A stretch of DNA of 64,000 nucleotides, from assembly GCA_963788635.1 (NCBI GenBank), contig CAWBHE010000014.1, positions 15,405 to 79,404 on the forward strand, written 5' to 3'. Below, in pieces: positions 1 to 9,897 of this stretch. Source of the stretch: an uncultured beta proteobacterium. Its GTDB lineage: Bacteria > Pseudomonadota > Gammaproteobacteria > Burkholderiales > Burkholderiaceae_C. Both the position numbers and the translations under genes were made by a program. Numbering within the stretch: the first letter of the stretch is position 1; the number at the start of each line of letters is the position of its first letter. A model generated the notes under the pieces. That model was given only the letters and a program-made list of their open reading frames with translations, had not been told where the DNA came from and ran no database searches.

Positions 1-2
1 TC

Positions 3-413
3 GTGTTCGTCCTGCAGCGCGTGCTGGGGCCGGCGGCGGTGCGTTCGTCCAAGCCGGTCTACCCGGGCGACGGGCGCAGCGCCGAGAACGCGCTCAGCGC
101 ACAGCTCGAGGCGGGCGGCATCCCGGTCGCGATCGAGGCGCGCATCGGCGGCGACGTGGACGACTTCAACCGCATGACGCTGCGCGGCAGCGCCGGCGAG
201 ATCGAGTTGCGCGAATGGTTCGGCGTGTGCCGGCGCCGCCACGGCGCCGGGTGGGACAGCCTGGGCGACGCCGCCGAGTTGCGCACGCGCGGCCAGGTCG
301 ATCAGCTGGCGCACTGGGTCGCGTTGATCGAAGGCCGACCGCACGGCCTGCCCGGCTTTGCCGAGGCGCTCGCGGTGCAGGAGACGATCGAGGCCTTGCT
401 CGCGGGCGCCTGA
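3..413 (+). CDS. Gfo/Idh/MocA-like oxidoreductase, C-terminal part (5' truncated)
   Basis: ORF open at window edge; C-terminus 'LPGFAEALAVQETIEALL' resembles Gfo/Idh/MocA ends. Confidence 0.55.
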   Translation: MFVLQRVLGPAAVRSSKPVYPGDGRSAENALSAQLEAGGIPVAIEARIGGDVDDFNRMTLRGSAGEIELREWFGVCRRRHGAGWDSLGDAAELRTRGQVDQLAHWVALIEGRPHGLPGFAEALAVQETIEALLAGA

Positions 414-472
414 TTCCGCCCTTGCCAAGCTGCCGCGTTTGCTGACTCGCGACTCGGGCCCGCTGGTTCTGG

Positions 473-601
473 CTATGGCTTCTTCGATCGGAGGGGGTTC
501 GGGACCAACGGCGCCAAACCCGCAGGCAGTCCGGGCGGGTTCGGTGCATGCGCCTTCTTCGGCTTCTTGGCCTCTTTGTTGCCGTGCTGCCCCTTGGTCA
601 T
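473..601 (-). CDS. small basic Lys/Pro-rich protein (42 aa)
   Basis: MTKGQHGNKEAKKPKK... with GGAGA Shine-Dalgarno upstream of ATG 601; tail of ORF 473..835. Confidence 0.6.
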   Translation of the reverse strand: MTKGQHGNKEAKKPKKAHAPNPPGLPAGLAPLVPNPLRSKKP

Positions 602-789
602 GCTGCTATCTCCAAACGTGGATGGGCACGGATGATGCGCGCTGCGGCCTGTCGGCGTCCGTGCGTTGGCCCACATGAAGGGCTGAACGCTGGATCGCGA
701 GCCGTCCGAAACGCCCCGGGGCGCGAGGGTGCCTCGCGACACGGTCGGTCCCTCGGCGGCGCTCTCGCCACCGGCCCGCAAGTCGCCCG

Positions 790-1227
790 TCAGCGCCGCG
801 CCCAGCGATCGACGCCTTGCTCGATACGCTCCCACGCGATCCGGTCGTACCCCACGGTGATGAACAAGTTTTCCTTGCTCGGGACGGCGCGCCGCGCCGT
901 GTCGGCCAAGCGCTCGAGTTCGTGTTGCAGGGCCCGGACGCAGCCGGCCAAGTCGGTGAACCGCGGGTCGAGGCGATGAAACAGGATGGCCTGGCGCAGT
1001 TCGGTGGCCTTGAGCGAGCTTCGCCGGACGGCGCGCACGAAGATTCGCGCACCCCCGTCGCCGTGCAGCTCCACGCAGAACTCGCGGTGCCAGCCGGTCA
1101 GGCTTCGCGCCGGGGTGATCTCGGGAAGGTCGGGATCGACCTGCAGGGTGGTGGTGGCGCCGACCGGGTTGGGCACGGGGTGATGGCGGGGAGGGTCATC
1201 CACGGGCAGCGGTCGTGGGGCGTGCAT
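790..1227 (-). CDS. hypothetical protein (145 aa)
   Basis: protein-like composition (WHREFCVEL...VGYDRIAWERIE), unlike the Arg/Pro-rich shadow ORFs. Confidence 0.6.
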   Translation of the reverse strand: MHAPRPLPVDDPPRHHPVPNPVGATTTLQVDPDLPEITPARSLTGWHREFCVELHGDGGARIFVRAVRRSSLKATELRQAILFHRLDPRFTDLAGCVRALQHELERLADTARRAVPSKENLFITVGYDRIAWERIEQGVDRWARR

Positions 1228-1280
1228 TCGCGGCCATCGGGTGTCTCATCGGGTCGTTGCAGGGCGCAGGTGGCATCAGG

Positions 1281-1973
1281 TCAATGGATCGGCAGGACGC
1301 GCATGCCCAGGGGCTTGCCCGCGAACCGATCGAGCACCTGGATCGTGGTCTGGCGTGGCCTGAAGCCCTCGGGCAGCGGCAGACTTCCGCGCACGATCTC
1401 ATGGCCACCCACCGACAGCGGGATCGGCTTGGCGGTCACCGTGGAGGGGGTGCCGTGTTCGGACTCACCGGCCACGAGGAGTTGCAGCGTGCCGGCCATC
1501 GGCTTGCCGGCGGCGCGTTCCCGCGTGAGCACGATGTCGTAGCTGAGCAACCCGCCATTGGCGGTGAACCGCCCGGCGCGTACCGCGACGGCGCCGCCGC
1601 GCGGATCGGCTGGCAGCGACATGACGACCGAAGCCAGGTCGTCGCGCAGCCGCACTGCGGTCGCGCGGGTGGACACCAACTCGTCCGCAACGGCCTTCTT
1701 CTCCGACAGCGTGGACTCGAGGCGCCTCTGGGTTGCGCCGAGTTCATCCCTCAGGCGCAGTCGCTCGGCGTCAGCCTGTTCGAACGCACTGCGCAACGCC
1801 GCCGACGCGCCGGCCGTCAGGCGGGGCGGCAGGTAGCGCTCCTGGACCGCGACGACCGCCCCCGCACCGACCACGCTGCCGACCAGCAGCAGCACCAGCC
1901 ATCGGGGCAGACGCCAGCGGGAGCGTCGTCGACCATAGGACTCGAAAACGACGTGCTTGGATCGGCCGAACAT
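1281..1973 (-). CDS. membrane-anchored coiled-coil protein (DUF6776-like)
   Basis: starts MFGRSKHVVF, then one TM segment, coiled coil, beta-rich C-terminus ending LPEGFRP..QV. Confidence 0.65.
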   Translation of the reverse strand: MFGRSKHVVFESYGRRRSRWRLPRWLVLLLVGSVVGAGAVVAVQERYLPPRLTAGASAALRSAFEQADAERLRLRDELGATQRRLESTLSEKKAVADELVSTRATAVRLRDDLASVVMSLPADPRGGAVAVRAGRFTANGGLLSYDIVLTRERAAGKPMAGTLQLLVAGESEHGTPSTVTAKPIPLSVGGHEIVRGSLPLPEGFRPRQTTIQVLDRFAGKPLGMRVLPIH

Positions 1974-2608
1974 CGGGATCGCCAGGGAATCTCTTTCGCG
2001 GGCCCGAACGGTAGTGCGCCCCGCCGTTCCGCTTGAAACCGTATGTATCGCCAGACCGGGTTCGCCGACACGGCGCAAAGGCGGTGTCGGTCCGCCCGCG
2101 AGAGGCCAGACCTCGCGCGAGCCGGGAAGATAACCACCCCGATCGCGCCGCCGGCCGCCAGAGGCGACCTGCGGCCCGCTTTCTCCGCCCAGGTCTCGAG
2201 GCACCTGGCTCGTGGCTCGCGCGATCGCAGGCGTGCGCATTCGTGCGCATTCGTGCATTACTGCTCGTTGCAGTACCGAGACGAGACTTGCGCTCGACAA
2301 GGCCACCTCCCCCCACGACCTTGCGCGCTGGATTGCGGACATGGGCATCGTTCGGCAGCGGCAAGAACACCGGCGGCTGCCGCGACGGCCATCGCGGCTT
2401 CGCTGGTGTGGGAGATGCTTGGCCCGGCGGTACCACGAACCCACCCAGCACATCCTCGAACGACTGCTTCACCGCGAGCCAGCGCAAAGTCAGTCCACGC
2501 AGCCTCGGTCGCGTTGGCATCGACCCGCGGTCTGCCGCCGGCGCGGTGCCATCGGAGTAGTCTGTTGGTGCCCTTCGACCGTCGGGTCGACAACCGACCG
2601 CTGCACCC

Positions 2609-3514
2609 ATGCAACCCCTTGGCCACCAGGCCGCGCAACTGATTCACCACCCCTGGGCGTTCGCGCTCCGGACGCTCAGGGCGTTCCGCGCCAACCAGGG
2701 CTTGCTGCTCGCCGGGGCGGTCGCGTACTACGCGCTGCTGTCGATCGTGCCGTTGCTGATCCTCACCGTGATCGTGTTGTCCCACGTCGTCGATCAGGTC
2801 GAACTGCTTCGGACCGTGGGCCGATACCTCGAATGGCTGGTGCCTGGGCAGTCCGACGCCGTCGTCGCGGAGCTGGCGAGATTCCTGGCGCATGGCGACA
2901 TCATCGGCTGGGTATTGCTGGCCACGATGCTGTTCTTCAGCTCCCTGGCCTTCACGGTGCTCGAGAACGCCATGTCGGTGATCTTTCATCACCGTGTGGC
3001 CATACGGCGTCGCCGCTTCCTGGTCTCGGCCGTCATTCCGTACGGCTACATCCTGTCTCTCGGGATGGGGCTGTTGCTGGTGACGCTGGTGGCGGGAAGT
3101 CTTCAAGCGATGGGCCAGGAGCGGGTGGAGTTCTTGGGACGCAGCTGGTCGATGGGCGGCTTGTCCGGCCTGCTCCTCTATCTTCTCGGGCTCGCTGGGG
3201 AGGTCTTCGTGCTGACTTCGATCTACCTCGTGATGCCGGTCGGCCGCTTGTCTCTTCGTCATGCCTTGCTGGGCGCAGTCACGGCAGCCTTGCTGTGGGA
3301 GCTCTCGCGCCACGTGCTGGTGTGGTACTTCGCGACCCTGTCACAGATCAGTACCGTCTATGGGTCGCTGACGACGGCCATTGCAGTCTTGTTGAGCCTG
3401 GAGCTCGCGGCGACCCTTCTGTTGCTGGGGGCCCAGGTGATCGCTGAATACGAGCGCCTCGGCAACGTGGATTTCGACGCGCGCCCGCAGCCGTTCACCA
3501 CCGGGCCGGGATGA
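2609..3514 (+). CDS. YihY/BrkB family membrane protein
   Basis: AGAVAYYALLSIVPLL and YGSLTTAI...LLLGAQ motifs, multiple TM segments. Confidence 0.85.
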   Translation: MQPLGHQAAQLIHHPWAFALRTLRAFRANQGLLLAGAVAYYALLSIVPLLILTVIVLSHVVDQVELLRTVGRYLEWLVPGQSDAVVAELARFLAHGDIIGWVLLATMLFFSSLAFTVLENAMSVIFHHRVAIRRRRFLVSAVIPYGYILSLGMGLLLVTLVAGSLQAMGQERVEFLGRSWSMGGLSGLLLYLLGLAGEVFVLTSIYLVMPVGRLSLRHALLGAVTAALLWELSRHVLVWYFATLSQISTVYGSLTTAIAVLLSLELAATLLLLGAQVIAEYERLGNVDFDARPQPFTTGPG

Positions 3515-3810
3515 TCGGCGCCACTCTCGCCGACCCCCGTCGAGAAGCTGGCGGTTAAACTGCTGCGGTGCAACAACGTTTCGCGGAAACCATGCCAGCG
3601 CGGGTCGTCTACCCGGGCAGCGGATTGCCGCGCGGGTACTTCTGCTCCGTGACGCCGCCGTGAGGCAGTCCGTCAGATCCCCGAGCGCCGGACCCCGTGT
3701 TCCGCGCCTGACCCGTTGCCGGCCATCGCGCAGCCTTGCGCCGCCGGGCGACCCGATCGATTCCTCTTCATTCGACGGCCTGGCGCCTGCCGGGTGCGTT
3801 GCATTGGCTC

Positions 3811-5292
3811 ATGACCCTTGAATCCATCCGCCGCGACTGGCTGTCCAACGTGCGCGGTGACGTGCTCGCCGGGCTCGTGGTCGCCCTGGCCCTCATTCCC
3901 GAGGCCATCGCGTTTTCCATCATCGCGGGCGTCGATCCGAAGGTTGGGCTGTACGCCTCGTTCAGCATCGCCGTGATCATCGCCTTCGCCGGCGGGCGGC
4001 CGGGCATGATCTCGGCGGCCACCGGTTCCATGGCATTGGTGATGGTCGTGTTGGTCAAGGAGCACGGCCTGCAGTACCTGCTGGCGACCACCGTGCTGAC
4101 GGGCGCGCTGCAAGTCGTGGCCGGCCTGCTCGAGCTCGGGAACCTGATGCGCTTCGTCTCGCGGTCGGTCATCACCGGCTTCGTCAACGCACTGGCGATC
4201 CTGATCTTTCTCGCCCAGTTGCCGGAACTGACGAACGTGAGCTGGGTCGTCTACGCGATGACGGCAGCGGGTCTGGCCATCATCTACGGCTTCCCGTACA
4301 TCACCAAGGCGGTGCCGTCGCCGCTCGTCACCATCGTCGTGCTCACCGGCGTGGCAATGGCGCTCAAGCTGGACATCCGCACCGTGGGCGACATGGGCCG
4401 GTTGCCCGACAGTCTGCCGGTGTTCCTGGTGCCCGGCGTGCCGCTGAACCTCGAGACGCTGAAGATCGTCCTGCCCTACGCGACGACGCTCGCCGTCGTG
4501 GGCCTGCTCGAATCGATGATGACCGCGTCCATCGTCGACGACCTCACCGACACGGGCAGCAACAAGAGCCGTGAATGCGTCGGCCAGGGACTGGCCAACA
4601 TCGCCACCGGCTTCATCGGCGGCATGGCCGGCTGCGCGATGATCGGCCAGTCGGTGATCAACGTGAAGTCGGGCGGCCGTGGCCGGCTGTCGACCTTCGT
4701 CGCCGGATTCTTCCTGCTGATCCTGATCGTGTTCCTGGGGCCGTGGGTCAAGCAGATCCCGATGGCCGCGCTGGTGTCGGTGATGATCATGGTCAGCATC
4801 GGCACCTTCAGCTGGGACTCGATCCGCAAGCTGCGCGAGCACCCGCCGAGTTCGTCGCTGGTGATGATCGCCACCGTCATCGTCACGGTCTCCACGCACG
4901 ACCTGGCCAAGGGCGTGTTCGTGGGCGTGCTGCTGTCGGGCATCTTCTTCGCGCACAAGGTCGGCCGCGTGCTGCGCATCGACCGCAGCAGCGACGAGGA
5001 CGGCCGGCTGCGCACCTACAGCGTGGTCGGCCAGGTGTTCTTTGCGTCCTCGGCCGAGGCCTTCGTCGGCGCCTTCGATTTCAAGGAAGTGGTGGAGAAG
5101 GTCCTCATCGACGTGAGCCGGGCGCACTTCTGGGACATCACCGCCGTCAGTGCGCTCGACAAGGTCGTGATGAAGTTCAAGCGCGAGGGCACCGAGGTCG
5201 AGGTGGTGGGCCTCGACGAGGCGAGCGCGACGCTGGTGGACCGCTTCGCGCTCCACGACAAGCCGGGCGCCGTCGAACAGCTGATGCACTGA
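3811..5292 (+). CDS. sulP: SulP family anion transporter with STAS domain
   Basis: [39 protein letters not shown] motifs; C-terminal STAS-like region. Confidence 0.92.
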   Translation: MTLESIRRDWLSNVRGDVLAGLVVALALIPEAIAFSIIAGVDPKVGLYASFSIAVIIAFAGGRPGMISAATGSMALVMVVLVKEHGLQYLLATTVLTGALQVVAGLLELGNLMRFVSRSVITGFVNALAILIFLAQLPELTNVSWVVYAMTAAGLAIIYGFPYITKAVPSPLVTIVVLTGVAMALKLDIRTVGDMGRLPDSLPVFLVPGVPLNLETLKIVLPYATTLAVVGLLESMMTASIVDDLTDTGSNKSRECVGQGLANIATGFIGGMAGCAMIGQSVINVKSGGRGRLSTFVAGFFLLILIVFLGPWVKQIPMAALVSVMIMVSIGTFSWDSIRKLREHPPSSSLVMIATVIVTVSTHDLAKGVFVGVLLSGIFFAHKVGRVLRIDRSSDEDGRLRTYSVVGQVFFASSAEAFVGAFDFKEVVEKVLIDVSRAHFWDITAVSALDKVVMKFKREGTEVEVVGLDEASATLVDRFALHDKPGAVEQLMH

Positions 5293-5301
5293 AGGAATGG
5301 A

Positions 5302-5387
5302 CATGAAGCCCCAAGCTCGCCTTCGGTCGCTGCCCCCCAAGGGGGCGCGTGCCCGCCTCGAGGCGGCTCTGCGGAGGGCGCCATGAA
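5302..5387. repeat. palindromic insertion (REP/MITE-like) flanked by CATGAA direct repeats
   Basis: CATGAA at 5302-5307 and 5382-5387; internal hairpins GCCCCC-CAA-GGGGGC and CCGCCTCGAGGCGG. Confidence 0.65.
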
Positions 5388-6240
5388 CAAGGTCTATGCC
5401 TGCATCGACGGTCAGTCGAACACCGCCGCCGCGATCGACTGGGCGGTCTGGTCCGCCAAGCGGCTCGATGCGCCGCTGGAATTCCTGCATGTGCTCGATC
5501 GCCATCCCGAGCGCGCAACCGTCAGCGACTACAGCGGAGCCATCGGGCTGGGTGCGCAGGACTCGCTGTTGCACGAGCTCAGCGAAGTGGACGAGCAACG
5601 CGGCAAGCTCGCGCAGGAAGCCGGACGCCGCCTGCTGATCGCCGCGCGCGAGCGTGCTGCAGCGGCGGGGGTCGTGCGCCTGGACGGCCGCCTGCGCCAC
5701 GGTGAACTGGTCGACACGGTGCTGGAAATGGAGCCCGACGCGAGGCTCTTCGTGCTGGGCGAGCACGGTCACGCGACAAAGCCGTCGAAGATCCACCTGG
5801 ATCACCATGTCGAGCGGGTGATCCGCTCCGTCGAGCGCCCCGTGCTGGTGGCCACCGGCGAAGCCTTCGCCGAACCGCAGCGTTTCGTCATCGCGTTCGA
5901 CGGCAGCCCCACGGCGCGCAAGACGGTCGAGACCGTCGCACGCAGTCCGATGCTGGCCGGCTTGCCGGTCCTGGTGGCGATGGCCGGCGTCGAGACGACG
6001 CTGGCCCGCCGCCAACTCGACGCGGCGCGGCAGGCGCTGGCCGCGGCGGGTTTCAGCGCGGAAGCGGAGTGGGTGCCGGGTGAGCCCGAACAAGTTCTGC
6101 CTCCGATGGTCAAGGCGCAGGGTGCGGCGTTGCTCGTCATGGGCGCCTACGGCCATTCACGCATCCGCCAGTTGATCGTCGGGAGCACGACGACCACGCT
6201 GTTACGCTCGAGCGACATCCCGGTGTTGATCCTGCGCTGA
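5383..6240 (+). CDS. universal stress protein (tandem Usp domains)
   Basis: ACIDG, AFDGS, MGAYGHSRIR..VGSTT motifs; usual partner of sulP. Confidence 0.9.
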   Translation: MNKVYACIDGQSNTAAAIDWAVWSAKRLDAPLEFLHVLDRHPERATVSDYSGAIGLGAQDSLLHELSEVDEQRGKLAQEAGRRLLIAARERAAAAGVVRLDGRLRHGELVDTVLEMEPDARLFVLGEHGHATKPSKIHLDHHVERVIRSVERPVLVATGEAFAEPQRFVIAFDGSPTARKTVETVARSPMLAGLPVLVAMAGVETTLARRQLDAARQALAAAGFSAEAEWVPGEPEQVLPPMVKAQGAALLVMGAYGHSRIRQLIVGSTTTTLLRSSDIPVLILR

Positions 6241-6285
6241 CCACCCGCGTTGCGGCCGACGAATTGCCCACCTGGGAAACCGAGC

Positions 6286-7527
6286 ATGGAAGTCATCGCC
6301 GCCGTTCTGTTCGCCGTCGCCTTGGCTCACACCTTCGCGACGAAGTTCTTCGAGCATCTCGCGCATCGGTATCCCCGGCATGCCGGGCTGTTTCACCTGC
6401 TGGGCGAGGTCGAAGTCGTGTTCGGCTTCTGGGCTGCGGTGCTCATCGCGGTCATGGCCGCCATCGATGGCGGCCCCAAGGCCATCGCCTATGCGGAGTC
6501 GCGCCATTACACCGAACCCTTGTTCGTGTTCGTCATCATGGTCGTGGCGGGGTCAAGGCCCGTGCTGGAGGCCCTCAAGACGCTGGTGGCCGCGCTGGCC
6601 CGCTCGATGCCCATGCGCAGCGTCGTCGCCGAGACCTGGTTGTGCCTGGCCTTGGTGCCGTTGATCGGGTCGCTGATCACCGAGCCTGCCGCGATGACGC
6701 TTGCTGCGTTGATGTTGGCGCCCATCGTGTTCCGGCCCGGCACTCCCGAGCCGCTGAAGTACGGCGCGCTGGGCGTCCTGTTCGTGAACATCTCGATCGG
6801 TGGCACGTTGACCTCGTTCGCCGCGCCACCGGTGCTGATGGTCGCGACGACGTGGAACTGGGACAGCGCCTTCATGGCCACGACGTTCGGGTGGCGGGCC
6901 TGCATTGCGGTGCTCGTCAACGCCACGGCCATCGCCTTCATGCTCGGCAAGCACCTGCCCGATGCGAGCCCGAAGGCGGACGCCCACGGTGCCGTGCCCG
7001 TGCCACCCCTGGTGAGCGCGATTCATCTCGGGTTTCTTGCGACGGTCGTGGTGTTTGCCCACCACCCGGTGATCTTCCTCGGCGTGTTCCTGATGTTCCT
7101 GGGCTTTGCGCAGGCCTACGAGCGTCACCAGACACCGCTGATCCTCAAGGAGGCGTTGCTGGTCGCCTTCTTCCTGGCCGGGCTGGTGGTGCTCGGTGGC
7201 CTGCAACAGTGGTGGCTGCAGCCGATCGTGTCGAGCCTCGAGCCCACCGCGTTGTTCTTCGGCGCGCTCGCGTTGACGGCGATCACCGACAACGCGGCGC
7301 TGACCTACCTGGGCTCGCTGATCGAAGGCATCACCGATCCTGCCAAGTACATGCTGGTGGCGGGCGCCGTCGCGGCGGGCGGTCTGACCGTGATCGCCAA
7401 TGCGCCCAACCCGGCGGGGGTCGCTCTGCTCAAGCGAGGTTTCAACGACGGGTCGATCGGTGCGGGCGGACTGCTGCTCGGCGCATTGCTGCCCACGGCG
7501 GTGGCGGCGGGGATCTTCCTCCTGTAG
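6286..7527 (+). CDS. putative Na+/H+ antiporter (DUF1504-like)
   Basis: LLGEVEVVFGFW, TEPAAMT, TDNAALTYLG, GGLTVIANAPNPAG motifs. Confidence 0.85.
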   Translation: MEVIAAVLFAVALAHTFATKFFEHLAHRYPRHAGLFHLLGEVEVVFGFWAAVLIAVMAAIDGGPKAIAYAESRHYTEPLFVFVIMVVAGSRPVLEALKTLVAALARSMPMRSVVAETWLCLALVPLIGSLITEPAAMTLAALMLAPIVFRPGTPEPLKYGALGVLFVNISIGGTLTSFAAPPVLMVATTWNWDSAFMATTFGWRACIAVLVNATAIAFMLGKHLPDASPKADAHGAVPVPPLVSAIHLGFLATVVVFAHHPVIFLGVFLMFLGFAQAYERHQTPLILKEALLVAFFLAGLVVLGGLQQWWLQPIVSSLEPTALFFGALALTAITDNAALTYLGSLIEGITDPAKYMLVAGAVAAGGLTVIANAPNPAGVALLKRGFNDGSIGAGGLLLGALLPTAVAAGIFLL

Positions 7528-7719
7528 GTTGCCCCGGTTCGCCGGCGAACCCCGCCGCCGCCGGAGCATCCGACGTTTTGGCCCATCCCAAAGACGCAGG
7601 ATCGTCTGCGGTTGCCGAGGCACCGGCAGCGGCTGAATCCGCCCGGCTGAAGCGGGCCGTCGCCCGCAAACTCGAACCGCCGATGCGGTCTCCTCTGGGA
7701 CCGAACACGCGCCGGCACT

Positions 7720-9093
7720 TCAGCCGGTGGCCCGTTCCTCGCCCCAGAGCGCGCGCATCGCGGCCTCGAATCGCGCGCCGCTCGCCGCGTGCCGGGTCGC
7801 GCGCCATTGCCCGGCCACCATCACCCGGGTGAAGGGTCGCGCCGGCGCGGCGAAGACCAGGCCGTCGAGCAGGTGGCTCGCGGGCAGGCCGCGCAGCGCG
7901 TCGTCTGCCACGTCGACGACCAGCAGGTCGGCGCGGGCGCCGGACTCCAGGCCCCAGCGCGCAAAGCCGGCCGCGGGGGCCCCGCCGGCGCGAACGCGCT
8001 CGAACAGGCGCGCCGCGCTGGCGGGTTCCGCGCCCGGTGCGGCGGCGACGTTGCGCTCGCGCCGCACCAGGCGTTGGCCGTATTCGAGCCAGCGCAACTC
8101 TTCCGGCCAGGCGCGCGCGACCTGGCTGTCCGAGCCCAGCGACAGCGGCACGCCCGCGGCCAGCCAGCCGGGCAGGTCGGCCAGGCCGTCGCCGAGGTTG
8201 GCCTCGGTGGCCGGGCACAGCACGACGCCGGCGCCGCGTGCGGCCACCGCCTCGATCTCGGCCGGCAAGGCCTGCGTGGCGTGGACGAGCTGCCAGCGCG
8301 CGTCCAGCGCCGCGTGCCGTGCCAGCCACTCGATCGGCCGCAGCCCGGTGGCCGCCAGGCAGTCGTCGACCTCGGCCGTCTGCTCGGCCACGTGGACGTG
8401 CAGCGGCCCCGTGCTCGCCTCGGCCAGCGCGGCGATGGACTCCGGCCGCGCCGCGCGCAGCGAGTGCACCGCAACGCCGGCGCTCACCAGCGGCGCGCGC
8501 CGCGCCTGCACCGCGCGCTGCAGCGCGAGCACGTCGGCGACGGTGGTCGCGAAACGGCGCTGGTCGTCGCGCAGCGCCGGTTGCGCGAAGCCGGCGCGCT
8601 CGTACAGCACCGGCAGCAGCGTCAGGCCGATGCCGGCCTCGGCCGCGGCGTCGGCGAGCGCGTGGCTCATCGCCGCCGGGTCGGCGTAGCGGCTGCCGTC
8701 GGGCGCGTGCTGCAGGTAATGGAACTCGCAGACCTGGGTGTAGCCACCGGCGAGCAGCTCGCGGTAGAGATGCGTGGCGACGTCGCGCAACTGCCCGGGC
8801 GTGATGCGCAGCGCCACGCCGTACATGCGGTCGCGCCAGGACCAGAAATCATCGACCGCGCTGTCGCGCCGCTCGGCCAGGCCGACGAAGGCGCGCTGGA
8901 ACGCGTGGCTGTGCGCGTCGACGAGGCCCGGCAGCACCGGCCCGCTCAGCACCTCGGCGCCTTCGGGGGCCGGCGTGTCGGGGGCGATCTCGGCCCAGTG
9001 GCCGTCGGCGCCGGCGACGAGCAGGACGCGCTCGCGCCAGCGACCGGCCGACCCAGGCGCGCGCGGGCCCAGCACGCGCGCGGGCGCGCTCAG
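7720..9093 (-). CDS. hutF: formimidoylglutamate deiminase (5' end disturbed by frameshift)
   Basis: HSHAFQRA, FWSWRDRMY, EFHYL, HVHVAEQ, TEANLGDG; hut context; start approximate. Confidence 0.9.
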   Translation of the reverse strand: MSAPARVLGPRAPGSAGRWRERVLLVAGADGHWAEIAPDTPAPEGAEVLSGPVLPGLVDAHSHAFQRAFVGLAERRDSAVDDFWSWRDRMYGVALRITPGQLRDVATHLYRELLAGGYTQVCEFHYLQHAPDGSRYADPAAMSHALADAAAEAGIGLTLLPVLYERAGFAQPALRDDQRRFATTVADVLALQRAVQARRAPLVSAGVAVHSLRAARPESIAALAEASTGPLHVHVAEQTAEVDDCLAATGLRPIEWLARHAALDARWQLVHATQALPAEIEAVAARGAGVVLCPATEANLGDGLADLPGWLAAGVPLSLGSDSQVARAWPEELRWLEYGQRLVRRERNVAAAPGAEPASAARLFERVRAGGAPAAGFARWGLESGARADLLVVDVADDALRGLPASHLLDGLVFAAPARPFTRVMVAGQWRATRHAASGARFEAAMRALWGEERATG

Positions 9094-9897
9094 GGCTGCC
9101 GGCGCGCCAGTCGAGTCGACCGACTGCGCCAGCGCGCGCAGCAGCGGCAGCACCTGCGCGGCGCGCGCCTCGTCGTAGGTGTAAGGCGGTTCGGTCTGCA
9201 TGTAGCAATGCCAGCCCATCTCCATCTGCACCGCGTGCACGGCCCTCGGCCGGGCGGCCGTAGTGGCGCGTGATGTAGCCGCCCTTGAAGCGGCCGTCGA
9301 CCACATGGCTGTGCGACCGGTGCGCCCGCAGCTGCTGCACCAGCCGCTCGCGCAGCGCGGGCGCGCAGCTGCGGCCGTCGACGGTGCCGAGGTTCAGGTC
9401 GGGCAGTCGGCCTTCGAACAGCCAGGGCAGCTCGGCCTGGATGCTGTGGCCGTCGAAGAGCACCGCATGGCCATGCTCGGCCTGCAGCCGCGCCAGTTCG
9501 CCGGCCAGCGCGTCGTGGTACGGCCGCCAGTAGGTGGCGACGCGGCGCGCGACCTCGGCCGCATCGGGCACGCGGCCGTCGCGGTACAGCGACTCGCCGG
9601 TGAAGAAGCGCGTCGGGCACAGCTCGGTGTTGTTGACGCCGGGGTACATCGGCGTGTTCTCGGGCGGGCGGTTCAGGTCGACGACGTAGCGCGCGAAGCG
9701 CGGCACGATCAGGCTGGCGCCGAGTTCCACGCGCGAAGGCGTAGAGCCGGTCCAGGTGCCAGTCGGCGTCCTCGGTCGCGAGCGCGCGCGGCACGCAGAC
9801 GCTCGGCGATGTCGTCCGGGATCTCGGTGCCGACATGCGGCACGCTGACGAGCAGCGGCGGTCGTGCCGCGGTGCAGCGTGAAGACGTGTCCGTCAT
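9090..9897 (-). CDS. hutG: N-formylglutamate deformylase (frameshifted)
   Basis: [45 protein letters not shown] spread over three frames. Confidence 0.88.

Noticed and set aside
624-639. GG-N10-GC motif GGCACGGATGATGC
   Set aside because: Faces the plus strand where there is no credible gene, and lacks TT before GC
2231-2259. Short tandem repeat (CGTGCGCATT) x ~2.7 in the 1974-2608 gap
   Set aside because: Too short and isolated to assign a function; no credible gene found in this gap
7528-7719. Hairpins between the antiporter and hutF (GGTTCGCCGGCGAACC)
   Set aside because: Plausible convergent terminator region but no U-tract or other support
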